NCBI GenBank assembly: GCA_002269645.1
Contig: NIVC01001830.1
Span: 124,001-188,000 of the forward strand
Length of the DNA stretch: 64,000 bases
Reading direction: 5' to 3'
Source: Macrostomum lignano
Lineage: Eukaryota
Every line of letters begins with the position of its first letter. Position 1 is the first letter of the stretch. Positions 39,410 through 52,772 of this stretch are shown piece after piece. The translations under genes were made by a program, and so were the position numbers. The notes below the pieces were generated by a model, which did not search any database, was not told the origin of the DNA, and worked only from the letters and a program-made list of their open reading frames with translations.

Positions 39410-39681
39410 TGCAGGTCCAGCCAGTCCCAGATATAGTTTGCATAGCTCGCATTATCTGGCCGGCCTCATCGGCAAATTAATGCATTTGTGACCCTGTCTG
39501 CAGGTCCAGCCAGTCCCAGATATGGTTTGCATAGCTCGCATTATCTGGCCGGCCTCATCGGCAAATTAATGCATTTGTGACCCTGTCTGCAGGTCCAGCC
39601 AGTCCCAGATATGGTTTGCATAGCTCGCATTATCTAGCCGGCCTCATCGGCAAATTAATGCATTTGTGACCCTGTCTGCAC
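39410..39681. repeat. 89-bp unit, three tandem copies
   Basis: Units start at 39411, 39500 and 39589. Confidence 0.9.
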
Positions 39682-41201
39682 CTCGGTCTCTGTTGCCCAG
39701 AACAGGAGGCCAGCTGGCTGTCTGCTGGGCTGTGCAAAGAGAAGCGTGAAGTCGTAAAAGCGTAATGGCCAGTCATGACCCAGCTTCGAGTCAAGGGAGT
39801 TAGTCAGCCTAGTTTTTTTTGGGTGGAGTCGCTTCTGAGTAGCTATCGAGTTTGACTATAGAATCGCTTGGATTTCTAATAAAGTATAGCTTTCGATACA
39901 TATCGGCAGCCCGGCTGTAATTTCTTGATCTTGATTGCTCTCAATCCTTCATCTTCTCTAGGCGGGATGAAATTCCAGCCTCTATAATGCAGGAAATTTG
40001 CACGGCAGAGAGATAATAATGGACCAGCAGGTCATTCCCAGTATAAATTTTATGAAGGTAAAGAGATAGGCTAGTAAGGGTTGAACCAGCTCAAGTTTTT
40101 ACGGCATACAGCCATATGCTTCACTATACGGAGTTCAACCGGAACAGCCCAGCAGCCCAGGGGACGGACGGTCCGCGGCAAACAACTGCTCAACCAAGAC
40201 TTTACTGGACAGAAGGGACTCCACAGCTTTCAGTTGCTCTGTCCCCTCCCCACCCCCATTCTCTTCCTCTATTGAGACTCTGCTTTTAATATTCAAAAAA
40301 GAAAGTGAAAACTCCAGGCCAAGCCAGTCAGAGTTGTGGGAAGAAGTTTAGGGGGGGGGGTGGGAAGAGCCAAGCCAAACAGGTAGTCACGCTCGATGGC
40401 GTCTTTTTGGGGATTCTAATTTAATGGGGGATAATACTCGTAGCTTGAATTTTGGAGGCGGAACAATGGAGCTTGACGGGCAGCGCTGGGCCCGGGAGGA
40501 TGACGCGATGGGGGGGGAGGCGACTCCCATCATAAAACTCCCAGCACACCAACTTCCAACTCTGGAAACTTTCAATTCTTTGAATTCTTTTGGCGCTCTA
40601 CAAATTTGAAATTCAGCCAGCCAGGCACGCGGCTGTGCGGAACCCCCGGCAGTTGGGGGGCCTGGGGGATCTTAAAACTGTCAGCAGCCCTGGGGAGGGA
40701 ATGCCGGCCGGCGCATTCCGTTGATTGTTGCTAAGCTAAGCTTGCTAAACCCGTGGGGGGGGGGGGCGGCGGAGCTTCGGGGAGGGATGAATCCCATCAC
40801 TGTCAGGACCGGAGGCCGTGGTGATAAGCGGCGCTTCATCGGAGTCTGGCGGCCATGGAGAAGAAAGAGACGCGGGCTTCCCCCTCAACCTCTGGGAATC
40901 AGCGGCGGGGATCAGTCAGCAATGGCGGGGATTAAGCATCACTAAAGCGAGGTTATTGGGGTTATCCCTCCCCTCCTCTCATCATCCCAGACGGTCTTAT
41001 AGAAATCGAGTGGAAGGGGGCATTTAGCAGATCTAAGGCGCTGGTATTGCCTCTCCTACCATTCCTATCTCGTACCTGGCTGCAGATTCAGACTTATCCT
41101 GCCGCGACAAAGACCGCGCGCTTGCCTACCGAACCAGTGATGGAATGTCTGAGCGAATGCTTCAGAGGGCGGATTTGATTTACTCTTACCCACGAGTCAA
41201 T

Positions 41202-41394
41202 GGGCCGTATGCAGAAAGCCTAGTCCAGACTAGCTAGTCCGGACTTGGGTAGTTCAGTCTATAGTCTATGGTCTAGCTAGCCTAGTTCTGCTATAGTAGA
41301 CTGGTCTAACTTTGTGTTTCTGCATACCAAATTCAAGTCTAGACTAGCTTTTCAAGACCGGACTACCCTAGACAGAGCTTTCTGCATACGGCCC
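41202..41394. mobile_element. 193-bp MITE, 18-bp perfect TIR GGGCCGTATGCAGAAAGC, 3-bp TSD AAT (PIF/Harbinger-like)
   Basis: TIRs and AAT on both flanks (41199-41201, 41395-41397) read directly; the superfamily is inferred from the 3-bp TSD. Confidence 0.8.
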
Positions 41395-41484
41395 AATATG
41401 TCATTCTACTAAACTTCAGTTGACCAAATTTTTAATTATTTCACCAATCAGCAAGTAGATGCTGCGGTTACATTTAGATCCTTT

Positions 41485-41695
41485 AATAATAATAATAATA
41501 ATTGATTACACCTGCTCCAATATGGGCAGATGTGCAACCGACAGCGGTCAAAGCACTGGGGGGTCGCCACACACACACCCTCAATTACCACAGCTAATGC
41601 TGGCTCCCATTTTACAGCAGAGCTAAGTATCTCGCTCAAGGACACAAATTATTCCAGTGGCATCGGGAATCGAACCCCTAGGCTACTAGGTCTTG
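41485..41695 (-). mobile_element. Second, internally deleted copy of the CORE-like SINE
   Basis: Shares the (AAT)n tail, GGGCAGATGTGCAACCGACAGC, GCTAATGCTG, GCTCAAGGAC and GAATCGAACC with 11331-11640. Confidence 0.75.
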
Positions 41696-41741
41696 TGAAA
41701 CTCCCCAAAACCTACATGTAGACCAAATCTCAACTCCGCAG

Positions 41742-42106
41742 ACCAAATCTGGCGGACTGACTTGGACTTTGTGATTCAACCGACGGCCACAGCCACTCAC
41801 CCGGTCTCCACCGAGGTCTTCAACCTGCTGCTGGCTCTGGCTATTCTCACCGTCCGCTACCCGTCAGTGTTCTGGTTCTCCAACCGAGTGTTCTCCCTGC
41901 TGTTCTCCGTGGTCGTATGCGCCTCCGGCCTGCACACTTTCCTCGCCTACGAAGCCACATCCGTGCTGTACAAGGCCGCGACAGTTGGCTCAACTGAGTC
42001 CGTCGTGCTCAAAATTCCACCGGCTGCGACGCTAGCGCTGGACTCCGTTGGTTCCATGCTGCTGCTGCTGGCTAGTGGGGCCTTTTTCGAATTTGGCTAT
42101 GCTCAG
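41742..42106 (+). CDS. tinc: Tincar-like protein, exon 2
   Basis: Acceptor CTCCGCAG|, phase 1; encodes DQIWRTDLDF...VRYPSVFWFSNRVFSLLFS; donor CAG|GTGAGC, phase 0. Confidence 0.8.
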
Positions 42107-42287
42107 GTGAGCTGAGATGTCCCGTGTTTCATAAAATTTAGTTGCGTTCTGATAAGTGGCTAAGATTGACATGGGATCCACTTTGTGTCCCCTGAATGAG
42201 GAGTGGCGAGATGTAACTCATTGTCTATAAGCTTTCGGGTCAAATGGTTACCATGGATACACGCACCAATGCGTATCACCCACGCAG

Positions 42288-43631
42288 GTACTGAACAACT
42301 TGCGCAAGTACCGGCACTATCTGCAGCTGGAGGCGTCATCGTCGGGCAGCAGCGAGCGCTCCAATGGCAGCAGCGGCGCTGGAGTCGGCAGCATCGACGG
42401 CGCGGCCTGCTGTGCGAGCAATGCGAACCTCATCTTCGGATTGCTGCTCATGCTAGCGGCGGCGCTGTGCAAAGCCCCCGTGCTTTGGGACTGGCTCAGT
42501 CTCTACCACTCGCGCCAGGAGCCGATCCTGCTCGCTGCCGCGGTCTCCGCCGGTGCCTGCCTGCTGATATGGATCGCGGCCTGGCTGGCCCTCTGCTGCC
42601 GGCCCGTCTGGCAGTTCAACATCCGCCTCGAGCTGGAATTCCCGGAGAAGGTCTCCGCAGACTATCAGGGCCAGCGCCAGCAGCCGGGCCAGCCGTCGTC
42701 AGCCTCGATGCCCCAGGAGCGAAGATCGCCGCCCAGCTCGGCGGGATCCGACCTCAGCAAGAAGAGCAACCAGTACGTGTTCATGCACAGGGGCATCTCG
42801 AGCGATATGCAGCCGGTCTCGATGATACCCACCGTCTCAGAGCAGGTTGACAATGCCAGCGAGAGCTCCTACACCTGCGGCGGCGCCAACGGCACCCTGG
42901 ACAGGCAGGCAGGCCTGGTGAAGTACCAGGTGCGCAGGAACTCAGCCCAGTTGAGCTCCGCCGCCGCGAGCGGCAGCCTGAAGCGGAACGCCCTGCTCGC
43001 GCGCAGCCGCAGCGGCAACCGGGTGACCTTCAAGGACCGGCACGAGACCATACCGGGCTCGCCAGGCTCCAGCCAGAACACCTCCTCGGACAGCGGCATC
43101 GAGGCCAGCCGGCTGAATGGTCAGCAACAGCAGCAGCAGGGCTCGGTGGTGACGTCGCTGCAGATCGGCCTCAACGACGACTACGCCCGGGTGAACAAGC
43201 AGCCGCGGGCACCAAGCCGGCAGAGCAACTACGAGGACTACCCGATGCTCGGCTGCCTGTTCGGCAACCAATCGGACATGTCGGCTTCTGCCGGGGGCCC
43301 CGTCGAGTTCTACCAGCACCAACAGACCGACCCGTACGGCCGGCCGCTGCCCGGCGTGCCCGTCCTGCCGCCGCCGCCCGCCGGCTACGGCACCGGCGCC
43401 TCCGCGGCTGCCATGGGCGGCGATCCCTACGGTGTGCCCGACATCCTGCTGAGCCGCAGCCCCTTCGCCAGCCTCAGCAGGCAGCCGGCGGCAGCCAAGC
43501 AGGATCACTATGATTACTACGAGTTGCAGCAGCAGCAGCAGCAGCAGCACCTGAGATCCGGCTCCTACCCATCGCTGCCGCAGCCAATGCAGCCAGGTGA
43601 CCAACTTGAAGGCCTCTGCAGTCAGGTGTGA
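42288..43631 (+). CDS. tinc: Tincar-like protein, exon 3 (two TM segments, long cytoplasmic tail ending LCSQV)
   Basis: Acceptor CACGCAG|, phase 0; encodes APVLWDW...LLIWIAAWLALCCRPVWQF. The three exons total 2184 nt = 727 aa. Confidence 0.8.
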   Translation, partial: VLNNLRKYRHYLQLEASSSGSSERSNGSSGAGVGSIDGAACCASNANLIFGLLLMLAAALCKAPVLWDWLSLYHSRQEPILLAAAVSAGACLLIWIAAWLALCCRPVWQFNIRLELEFPEKVSADYQGQRQQPGQPSSASMPQERRSPPSSAGSDLSKKSNQYVFMHRGISSDMQPVSMIPTVSEQVDNASESSYTCGGANGTLDRQAGLVKYQVRRNSAQLSSAAASGSLKRNALLARSRSGNRVTFKDRHETIPGSPGSSQNTSSDSGIEASRLNGQQQQQQGSVVTSLQIGLNDDYARVNKQPRAPSRQSNYEDYPMLGCLFGNQSDMSASAGGPVEFYQHQQTDPYGRPLPGVPVLPPPPAGYGTGASAAAMGGDPYGVPDILLSRSPFASLSRQPAAAKQDHYDYYELQQQQQQQHLRSGSYPSLPQPMQPGDQLEGLCSQV

Positions 43632-45372
43632 CACGGGAGCTCGTCTTTCACGTCCAGCTTCTGTTCCAGCATCCACTCTCAAGCTGTACACAGCAATACT
43701 GCAGCATCCCCTATTCCTCATCCCATTCATTATCTTTCGCCTGTCTCTCCCCCCTTTTGACTCTGACAACTGTTCTCTCAAATTCCCCCTTTGACAAGCA
43801 AAGCTCAAACCTGACGGAACTCCTGCGCGTGAGCATCAATAAGCTTTGTAACTCGTAGTATTTTGCACAGACCCACGGCCTGTTTTCTAACAAACCAAGT
43901 ATTTCTGTGTGTTGCCGGCTTGCTTTCTTGATGATCTGATTTGGTACGCTGCGTCCACCAGATTTGGCAACTCCCTGAATCTGCTAAACCTAAGGGCGAT
44001 TGTAATAATTGTAATTTTTTTTGCCTTCTCACATTGTGCGCTTTTGTAATGCCAATTTTCTGTTTAAATCCTTCTTCTACTCGTTCGGTTTCTGAGCATC
44101 GAGCCAACTCTCTAGCTAGTTTTTGTAAATTTGCTTTCTTTATAGAAGTAATGATGAAAATACATGTTTCATATTTTCACAAGCAGGAACTTTTATTCCC
44201 ATGTCCCTCTGCGAATAACTCTGCCCCAGAAAAGCATGGGTTATTTGTGCCTGGCGATGCCTTCCAGCTCCCATTGTTGACACAGGTATAGCAGAGTGCC
44301 CGTCTCTCCTCTCATCCCTTCCTCATCTCGGCAAACTGGCAGTTGTGTGTTTTTACAACACTCCCAACAGGCAGGAGTTCATCTTCGCCCTGACGTCGGG
44401 AGCAAGGTAGGTTTGGTGTTGCTTCTGCAAGCCGGTAGAGTTTTTTTGAGTAGCTGGCTCTTGCCTTCGTTTTCGCAGTCATTAATTCTTCTCGCCTACA
44501 AATGAGGCAAACAGGGAAGGGGGGCACCTCCGGTTTCGAGTGGCGAAACGGCGAGGGCGAGTTGACGAGAGGAGGATGGCCAGCCAGGCAGGGCGAAATC
44601 TCTTATTCCAGAGTGCACTCTGAGCCTTTTCTATTCTAGTTCTACAATTTCCACCAATACTCGAGAGGAGAAAGCTTCAGATCTCGCTTGTAACACCTGA
44701 GCAACTGTTAGTGTCTCTACTTTCTCTCCTCTGCTCTCAACTCCCTCCGCGACTCCGGGCCGCGCGCTTCCAATATCAGTTGAGCATTGGGCACAAATCG
44801 ATAAAGCCAAAATCAGCTTGTTGAGCGGCTAGAGGAGTGCATTTGCTCTTTGTGTGCTCATGTGTGTCCCGCATAGTGCTCTCCCAATGCTCTCCCAATG
44901 CTCTCCCAAGGCTCAGGGGCAATCCAGGGCAACTACCGCATGGTCTGCCTTTGTCTGACGCAGCACTGCACAAAAGACTCCCTCATGAAAGAGAAAATGC
45001 CGAAGGCTGCAATACTTTTGCGGAAATTTCCTGACAAAAGTCTCCTAATTAGGCTGGTTAAACTTCTGCAGAGCTCGCGACTCTCTTAATTACCCTCACT
45101 CCGACGATTAATTAATGAACTCAGCAGTTGCAGGTGCTGTAAAAAAGTACGCGAGATTTTTTAGGCAAAAATTGAGAAATTTTGGACAACCTTGAATCCA
45201 TCTTAGCTCTGACCTCGTGTGCCAATCAAATTTTTATGATTCAGAACAATTGGAAAAAATATCTCAACTCTCAATTCTTCCCAATATTGACTACGCCTCT
45301 TCGTAATTGTTCTCTGCTCTCTCACCTATCTACTCTTCCGCATGCATCTTCGTATCATACGTCTGTTCTTTC

Positions 45373-45840
45373 ACATCTCTACTCTCACCTGTGCATTCTC
45401 TCTCATCTCTACTCTCACCTGTGCATTCTCGCCCATCTCTACTCTCACCTGTGTATTCTCCCTCATATCTACTCTCACCTGTGTATTCTCCCTCATATCT
45501 ACTCTCACCTGTGTATTCTCCCTCATCTCTACTCTCACCTGTGTATTCTCCCTCATCTCTACTCTCACCTGTGTATTCTCTCTCATCTCTACTCTCACCT
45601 GTGCATTCTCCCTCATCTATACTCTCACCTGTGTATTCTCCCTTATATTTACTCTCACCTGTGTATTCTCCTTCATCTCTACTTTCACCTGTGTATTCTT
45701 CCTCATCTCGACTCTCACCTGTGCATTCTCTCTCATCTCAACTCTCACCTGTGTATTCTCCATCATATCTACTCTCACCTGTGTATTCTCCCTCAAATCT
45801 ACTCTCACCTGTGCATTCTCCCTTACCCTCATCTCTACTC
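45373..45840. repeat. 30-bp minisatellite TCTACTCTCACCTGTGTATTCTCCCTCATM, ~15 copies
   Basis: Read directly. Confidence 0.95.
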
Positions 45841-46844
45841 CACTCAGCCAGGTTATCCGCTAAGCACCCAACGGCAGCAGCACTAATTGGTAGAGCATCT
45901 TAACTGGCTAGCACCAGTTTTACAACCTCAACCAGGTCCTGCACCGCTATATAGAATTAAAACCCATTGAAGCAGGGTTGTACACAAAATCCTGCTCATG
46001 CTTCGCTAGCCCATTGACTCACTCCGCTGCTGCACACTGCAGGCGGCGGGGCTGACGCAAAGGCCTCTACTGGTTGGCGGGCGGCCTCCGCGGGGTTGGA
46101 ACAAAGGCCTCATTAATAATTAATGAGCCCCATCGCTTGCTTTATGCGCGCAATGCGATTCAGGGCCTAAGAAAGGGTCGGATGGCCACCCACGTAACTC
46201 TGCTATCCAAAGCTTTATTCATCGGAAAGAAAAGGGTTCCTTCTTTTATTGAGCATCTTCATCAGAGTCCCCAGCATCACTCTCCCTCTCCATCTCTCCC
46301 TAATCAAGCTGTCGCTCTGAGTGCAGTCCTTCGTCGATGCTGAAGGATCTCGTCAGCTGCAACTACGGCTCAGGGGGAACAGCGCGGCCAAGTGTGAAGG
46401 CAGCTTTCTTGCATGGACACCCAAGTCTAACAAGGCCTCTCATTCAAAACAAGAAAAGCTTCTAAAAGACGAACAAAGGCAAGAAAAGCAAAGGCACTGC
46501 CAGTTGGGCTCGCGTGAAAAGAAAGAGAAAGAAGAGGGCCAGCCCAGCGCTTCTGCAGCAGCTGTTGGGTATCGGACTGAAGGCCTGCAGATCCTTCCCA
46601 GCCATTTCTAGGTGTCATTTATCAGCCAACTCCGACTCGAGGTCCAACGTTGAGCACTTGTGCTCAAAAACACCAAAATTGAATTTGTTAGGGGAGGAGC
46701 CCTGAGTTGAGATTTTCTGCTCACACGTTCTTATAGATTTATAAGCTTGTACAATTATTACCAGGCAAAATGAAACAAAAGCATAGCACAGACAGAAAGA
46801 CTGACAGACAGAAAGACAGACCGAAGGGGCGCACAGCAATAGAT

Positions 46845-46853
46845 AGATAGATG

Positions 46854-46940
<87 letters not shown>

Positions 46941-46941
46941 G

Positions 46942-46998
<57 letters not shown>
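46845..46998. repeat. (GATA)n microsatellite
   Basis: Read directly. Confidence 0.95.
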
Positions 46999-47607
46999 TA
47001 TTCGCATCGCTACCTGCCGTCTACACCTGCTTGGCATAGAAAGGCAATTTAATGGCAAAGCCACGTCAGCTCACCGGCTTTGTCTGAGCAGCTCTATTAG
47101 AAGCAACAACCGAAAGAGCATGACTCACTCCCTCTGTTTGTCTATGCCGCGGCAGACTATTGAATTTCATTGCCGAGGCTCGTGGCGCAATCGCACGCCG
47201 CCCCCACAGAGCGGCCCAGCCCGAGAGACCATGCAGTTTTAAGCTGTCTGAGCCGCCGCTTGTGGCATGCTTTTGCCGTTGAGTTTCCGAATCAGATGTC
47301 GCCCCGAAGGCTTTGCTTTTTTGGATTGAATTTCTAGCGCGAATGTTTTAATCCTTCTGGGCCCGTTTGTGCTTGCAGGCGTTTTTATGAAATAATTCAG
47401 GATCTATTGTTACCAGGAAATACTATTTTTTGGCGCACTCAACGGTTATAATCCAGGAATTTGCCTGGATTGCCTACTCTTCTTCAGCCGCATTTGACGG
47501 GATTATGACGAGATCAGTGATTGCTGCTAAGAAAAGCATTGAGGACCAGAGGTATGGCTGGTGGGGCTCACCGGTCGCCCAAGCTCTGAACTCTAAAAGT
47601 ATATGGC

Positions 47608-48097
47608 GCTGGCGCCAGCACCAGGGGCGCCAGCACCAGGGGCGCCAGCACCAGGGGCGCCAGCACCAGGGGCGCCAGCACCAGGGGCGCCAGCACCAGG
47701 GGCGCCAGCACCAGGGGCGCCAGCACCAGGGGCGCCAGCACCAGGGGCGCCAGCACCAGGGGCGCCAGCACCAGGGGCGCCAGCACCAGGGGCGCCAGCA
47801 CCAGGGGCGCCAGCACCAGGGGCGCCAGCACCAGGGGCGCCAGCACCAGGGGCGCCAGCACCAGGGGCGCCAGCACCAGGGGCGCCAGCACCAGGGGCGC
47901 CAGCACCAGGGGCGCCAGCACCAGGGGCGCCAGCACCAGGGGCGCCAGCACCAGGGGCGCCAGCACCAGGGGCGCCAGCACCAGGGGCGCCAGCACCAGG
48001 GGCGCCAGCACCAGGGGCGCCAGCACCAGGGGCGCCAGCACCAGGGGCGCCAGCACCAGGGGCGCCAGCACCAGGGGCGCCAGCACCAGGGGCGCCA
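47608..48097. repeat. 15-bp GC-rich tandem repeat GGCGCCAGCACCAGG, ~32 perfect copies
   Basis: Read directly. Confidence 0.95.
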
Positions 48098-51000
48098 ACC
48101 GCCTCATCCCTGGTACAGCCAGACAGGCGGGTTGCGCTGCAGTGTAGGAAATATTCACCCGTTTGTATTGAAAGCAAAATGCAGAAAATAAAGACAATAG
48201 GGAATCGTGAGTATCAGAAGCAGAGTGTGTGTCGATACAATGGGGCAATGCGATGAGTGGGATAACTCTAGGGAGCTGGGCTCGATGAGAAATGAATAGA
48301 ATCAGAATTGATTACGTGCTCTAGCTATTTTTCATTGCTTATATTCTCTGCTTCACGTAAGTGTTGGTTTCTATGGCAACAGGAAAGCGTATTTTCTGAA
48401 CTAGTGCAGTGATTTGGGAATTTTGAATCTTTAGAACGGGTGAATGAATCATAGTGGATTGGTTGGCATAGAAATGGTTGCACTGCAGAGGGTGGGCAGA
48501 GGACGCAGCTGACCCCCTTGAATTGAGATGGGGGCACTACCTTTCCAGGGGAGGTCAAGGAAACTATGGTAAGAAGAAAGATCTTGCCTGGAAAAGAACC
48601 ACTAGCCGTTGCGAGGTAAATTTGCACTTTGCATTTGCGTTGGTTTTGTTAACCTCACCTCAAGCAGCTACGGGGACGAGGCCAAGGCCGAACTCTTTCG
48701 CAGTTTGTTATCTCTGTTTTTTCCCGCAATAAGTGCCCCCCTTGGGAATGTTTGGGTCTGAGCCGGGAGAGGCCCGAAGTGACGCGGCCAGGAATGATCG
48801 ATTAGTCGTCGCGTCCAATTTGCCGCGCTTTTTCGCAACGCTACAGAAGAGGCAGCGGCCCAGTTAAATGAACTTCAGACGATCAAAAGCGGCGGAAAAT
48901 CTAAAAACATTCACGTCCTTGCTCGGCGGGGAGGGGATTTTTTCCCTCTAATTCGTAATTGGCGCAGAAGGATTTCTTCAGCAATATCATAGCGATTTGG
49001 CGGGCTTCGTAACGAAGCTCGCAGCAAATTATTAAATTACTCTCCAACGTAAATTACAGGTAGGATTGCTCGCGGGGCACACTTTTTGGACTCGGTCCAA
49101 CTAACAACGAACATGCAGACTAACATGTAAGCCTCGGGTACAATTCAAAGATGCCCAAAGTATTAATTAAAATTTCAAGTTTGTCCTTTGTGTTGAATTT
49201 AATCAGAACTGTCAGGACAAACAGGAAGTCTGCAGCCCTCGAATTCAAATTTCCGCCGGTGGAAGAGTGATCGAATGCCAAATACCATTTACACACAGGT
49301 AACCAGCCACTAATGTTTCATAGCACATCAAAGAGAATTATAATTAGTATGGTGTTTGCTAATATAATGTTTTCTGTACAACATAATGTGAATCTGTTTA
49401 AAGAGGTTTGTTTACCCCTAGCAATGCAAGCCTCTGGGCAGGGATTAGACATATAAGCCGATCTTTTCCCGACCGCTTCGTCCCATCCTCTCGTCCCTAT
49501 CCAGCGCTAATGGCCTCACACAAAATCTTTTTCTCCTCTGCCTGGTTTTTACCTCTACCTGAGTGACTCATAGGCGGTACGGCTTGTACAGGAGCAGTGG
49601 CAAGGTGCGCGGGGACAGATGCTCAACTGTACATCCGTCCGCCCACGAAGTAGTCGCATGGTATTCGGTAGGTCCAGACGTCTATTTCATTCGCCTTCTC
49701 CCCCTCTCTCTAATCCTTCTCTCTCCGCGAGCTCATTACTCGATACCCTCGGCCGATTGGGCGGGGTCACGAATTCTCTAGACCTGTAGCTGGACTCGTA
49801 GAGGCCGGGGCATTACTCACCCAGGACTCAGTTTCTGGGTATTGCTCTGCAGTCGGCATTGTTAGATACATTGCATTGCATTTATCGGTAGCCATACAGA
49901 AACACATTCAAGCGAGCAGGCGAGGCCTCGAGAGTTGAGATGCGCTGGAAGAAGTTAAACGAATTCCAGCCAAATGACTCATATGATAATTAAAGGGCCC
50001 GCGCTGCATTAAAATGCAAATGCTTTTTCAGAATGGAATGGCTACAACTGTAGGCCACAATGGTAGATTGAGGTGAACAGCAGGTCAAAGTGCTCGGACT
50101 GTGAATTATTGTCCACCGGAAAAGAAATTTCACTCGTAAAAAACGGTCTGAAAAGAAGCAGAGTTGATTGAAGGCTGCAACTGATCAAGAGGGGAGGAAG
50201 TCTTGGACCAGCTGCAGGCAGGACGCTGCTAAAGAAAAATAAATCTAAATAGGCATTCCATTCCGCAAGTTCAAGGGTTCTTTTGTTCGCTGAAGTCCCT
50301 CTGGCTTGAATTTTTTGTTAAGTTCGTCGCCCTAGAGGCTGGTATACGACGGGTGCAGTCTCTAACGTACCTTATTATGCAGCGAAGACTTGCTGGTTTT
50401 TATCAAATCTCGCCCTGCCAATCCACCTGGGAATTGATGTAGGCATGAAAAATTAACGAGCTCAATAGACTCGCCCTAGCAACCAGCCCTAGCAACCAAG
50501 GCTATGCTAACCTTCAAGGTTATACTCGCCAGGCACTTTTGCAGGTGGAATAGGAGATTGATTAAGTAAACAGAAAAGTGTAGGGCCTGTGGATTACTGC
50601 AGTTAGCGATCCGCAGTTGGGATTTTGGGAGGTTTTTAGGCTCTCAAATTTCCTTGTATTTCCAACGACGTAGGGAGCATGTACTCGTACTAGGCATACC
50701 TGACTTTAACATATTTTATTAAGTATTTAGGCTTTAGAAAGCTTTACAGACTTACAAAGCTGCTATCGTACTATGGTGGTCCTGCGAGTAGAAATGATTT
50801 TACCACCATTGTCTCCACCAAACACTCATTACCATCGAAGAACCTCTTAGAACCAGTGTCTGAGACCTCAGCCAGCAGGCAGTTGAGACAAAAGACCTAC
50901 CAGCTGGAGTCGCACCAGCAGGTCTCTGAGGTTGAACTTGCCGAGTCTTAGTTTGCATGCCTCTAAGAGTTTTAGACTGACCTGCTCGAGTACATCTACT

Positions 51001-51562
51001 CATCTGTCGCAAAATACATCAAAGCATTTCTTCGCAGCGCCTGGCATTGACTCATTGACTCATTGACTCAATTCAACACTGCTCAATTGAGTTGGCGGTA
51101 TCGTTCGCAAAATTGTATTAGTCATCAAGTTCTCATAAAGTGGCGCTATGTTTGTTATAAACCAGCATTGGACCGCTCCCTTCTATGCTCATATTGCGCC
51201 TCATTCTGATCCCGATCTGCAGCACCCCCTCCTCTTTTTTATTCCCACCCTCGTGCTTTTTTCCTGTGAAGAAGCTACCCCCGGCTCAGCTATGCGACTA
51301 TAGTCAGCCGGCACCCCGGAGGCTCACAAGTGCCTTCCTGCTCACAAGTGAGCAGCCAGGTCTTCCCTCTTGTCCCAACAATGGGTGTAGACGACATGCA
51401 GGACTGCTGCCTAGTTGTATTGAGAGCTCCAGCGAATCTAGACTTTTTATGCTAGATCTCTGTCAGCTTGTGAATTGCGTGAGCTGGTACCGCCCTTTAA
51501 CCGATTTTTTAGACTCCCCTTTGAGCAGATAGGATTCCCCTGTTTCTAATCCCGGGTAATTG

Positions 51563-51784
<222 letters not shown>

Positions 51785-52362
51785 AAATATAAAATATATC
51801 GAGGTCATATCGTTTGTGAAAAACGCCTCTCCAAGAATGTTGAATGACTCACAGTGCACACCAATCTGGAGTACTCTAGCACTGGCGGAAGCTTCAGAGG
51901 GAAGAGGCGGGTCAACCTGCTCCAGCCCGACTTCCCTCTGTTCCCCCGCCAGCTGGCCTAGCAGTGGCTTAATCACTTAATTTGCATTGGCTAATTGTTC
52001 AAAGCCCTAATCTAACCAACCCTTCATGCAGCAATTGTACAGACACAGTCCAGTGATCCGGGAGCGAGGGTCCATCTGATTACACTTTACGATTACGACA
52101 AAGACCGTCTGGGCCTGTAGTTGCGCTCCGTGGTTGAGTAGAGATGACTGATAGACCCGCTATGTTGCTCATATAGCTAGACTGGGTGTAATTATAATTG
52201 GAGGACCAACCCACGGTTTGAGCATGTAGCTTTCTATAGATTTACAGTGCTGCTCGTTGTTCAGTAGTGTTAATGATTGAGATGAATGAGATCATACTGC
52301 ACTCGTATAGATGGCTTTATTCAACTATATGATGGAAACGATGAATGCAGTCGCTGTGATGG

Positions 52363-52772
52363 TCTATCTATGGTCTATGGCTTGTCTATTGTCTGTGGCC
52401 TGTCTGTTATCTATGGTTTGTCTATCGCCTGTGGCCTGTCTATATGATCTATGGTTTGTCTATTGTCTGTGGCCTGTCTGTTATCTATGGTTTGTCTATC
52501 GCCTGTGGCCTGTCTATATGATCTATGGTTTGTCTATTGTCTGTGGCCTGTCTATGATCTACGAGCTATGGTTTGTCTATTGTCTGTGGCCTGTCTTGGC
52601 CTGTCTATGATCTATGGTTTGTCTATTGTCTGTGGCCTGTCTGTTATCTATGGTTTGTCTATCGCCTGTGGCCTGTCTATATGATCTGTGGTTTGTCTAT
52701 CGTCTGTGGCCCTGTCTATGTTCTATGGTTTGTCTATCGTCTGTGGCCTGTCTATGGTCTATGGTTTGTCTG
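52363..52772. repeat. ~36/38-bp alternating minisatellite (TCTATGGTTTGTCTAT...GTGGCCTGTCT)
   Basis: Read directly. Confidence 0.9.

Noticed and set aside
41712-41752. Duplicated AG|ACCAAATCT giving an alternative tincar exon 2 acceptor at 41721
   Set aside because: A 20-nt shift would break the frame
47430-48256. (GAPGA)n collagen/elastin/silk-like ORF
   Set aside because: Perfect 15-bp DNA repeat with no synonymous variation, open in four frames, with no signal peptide or convincing splice context
50473-50498. Tandem CCCTAGCAACC resembling RFX half-sites
   Set aside because: No associated gene start nearby; too short to support
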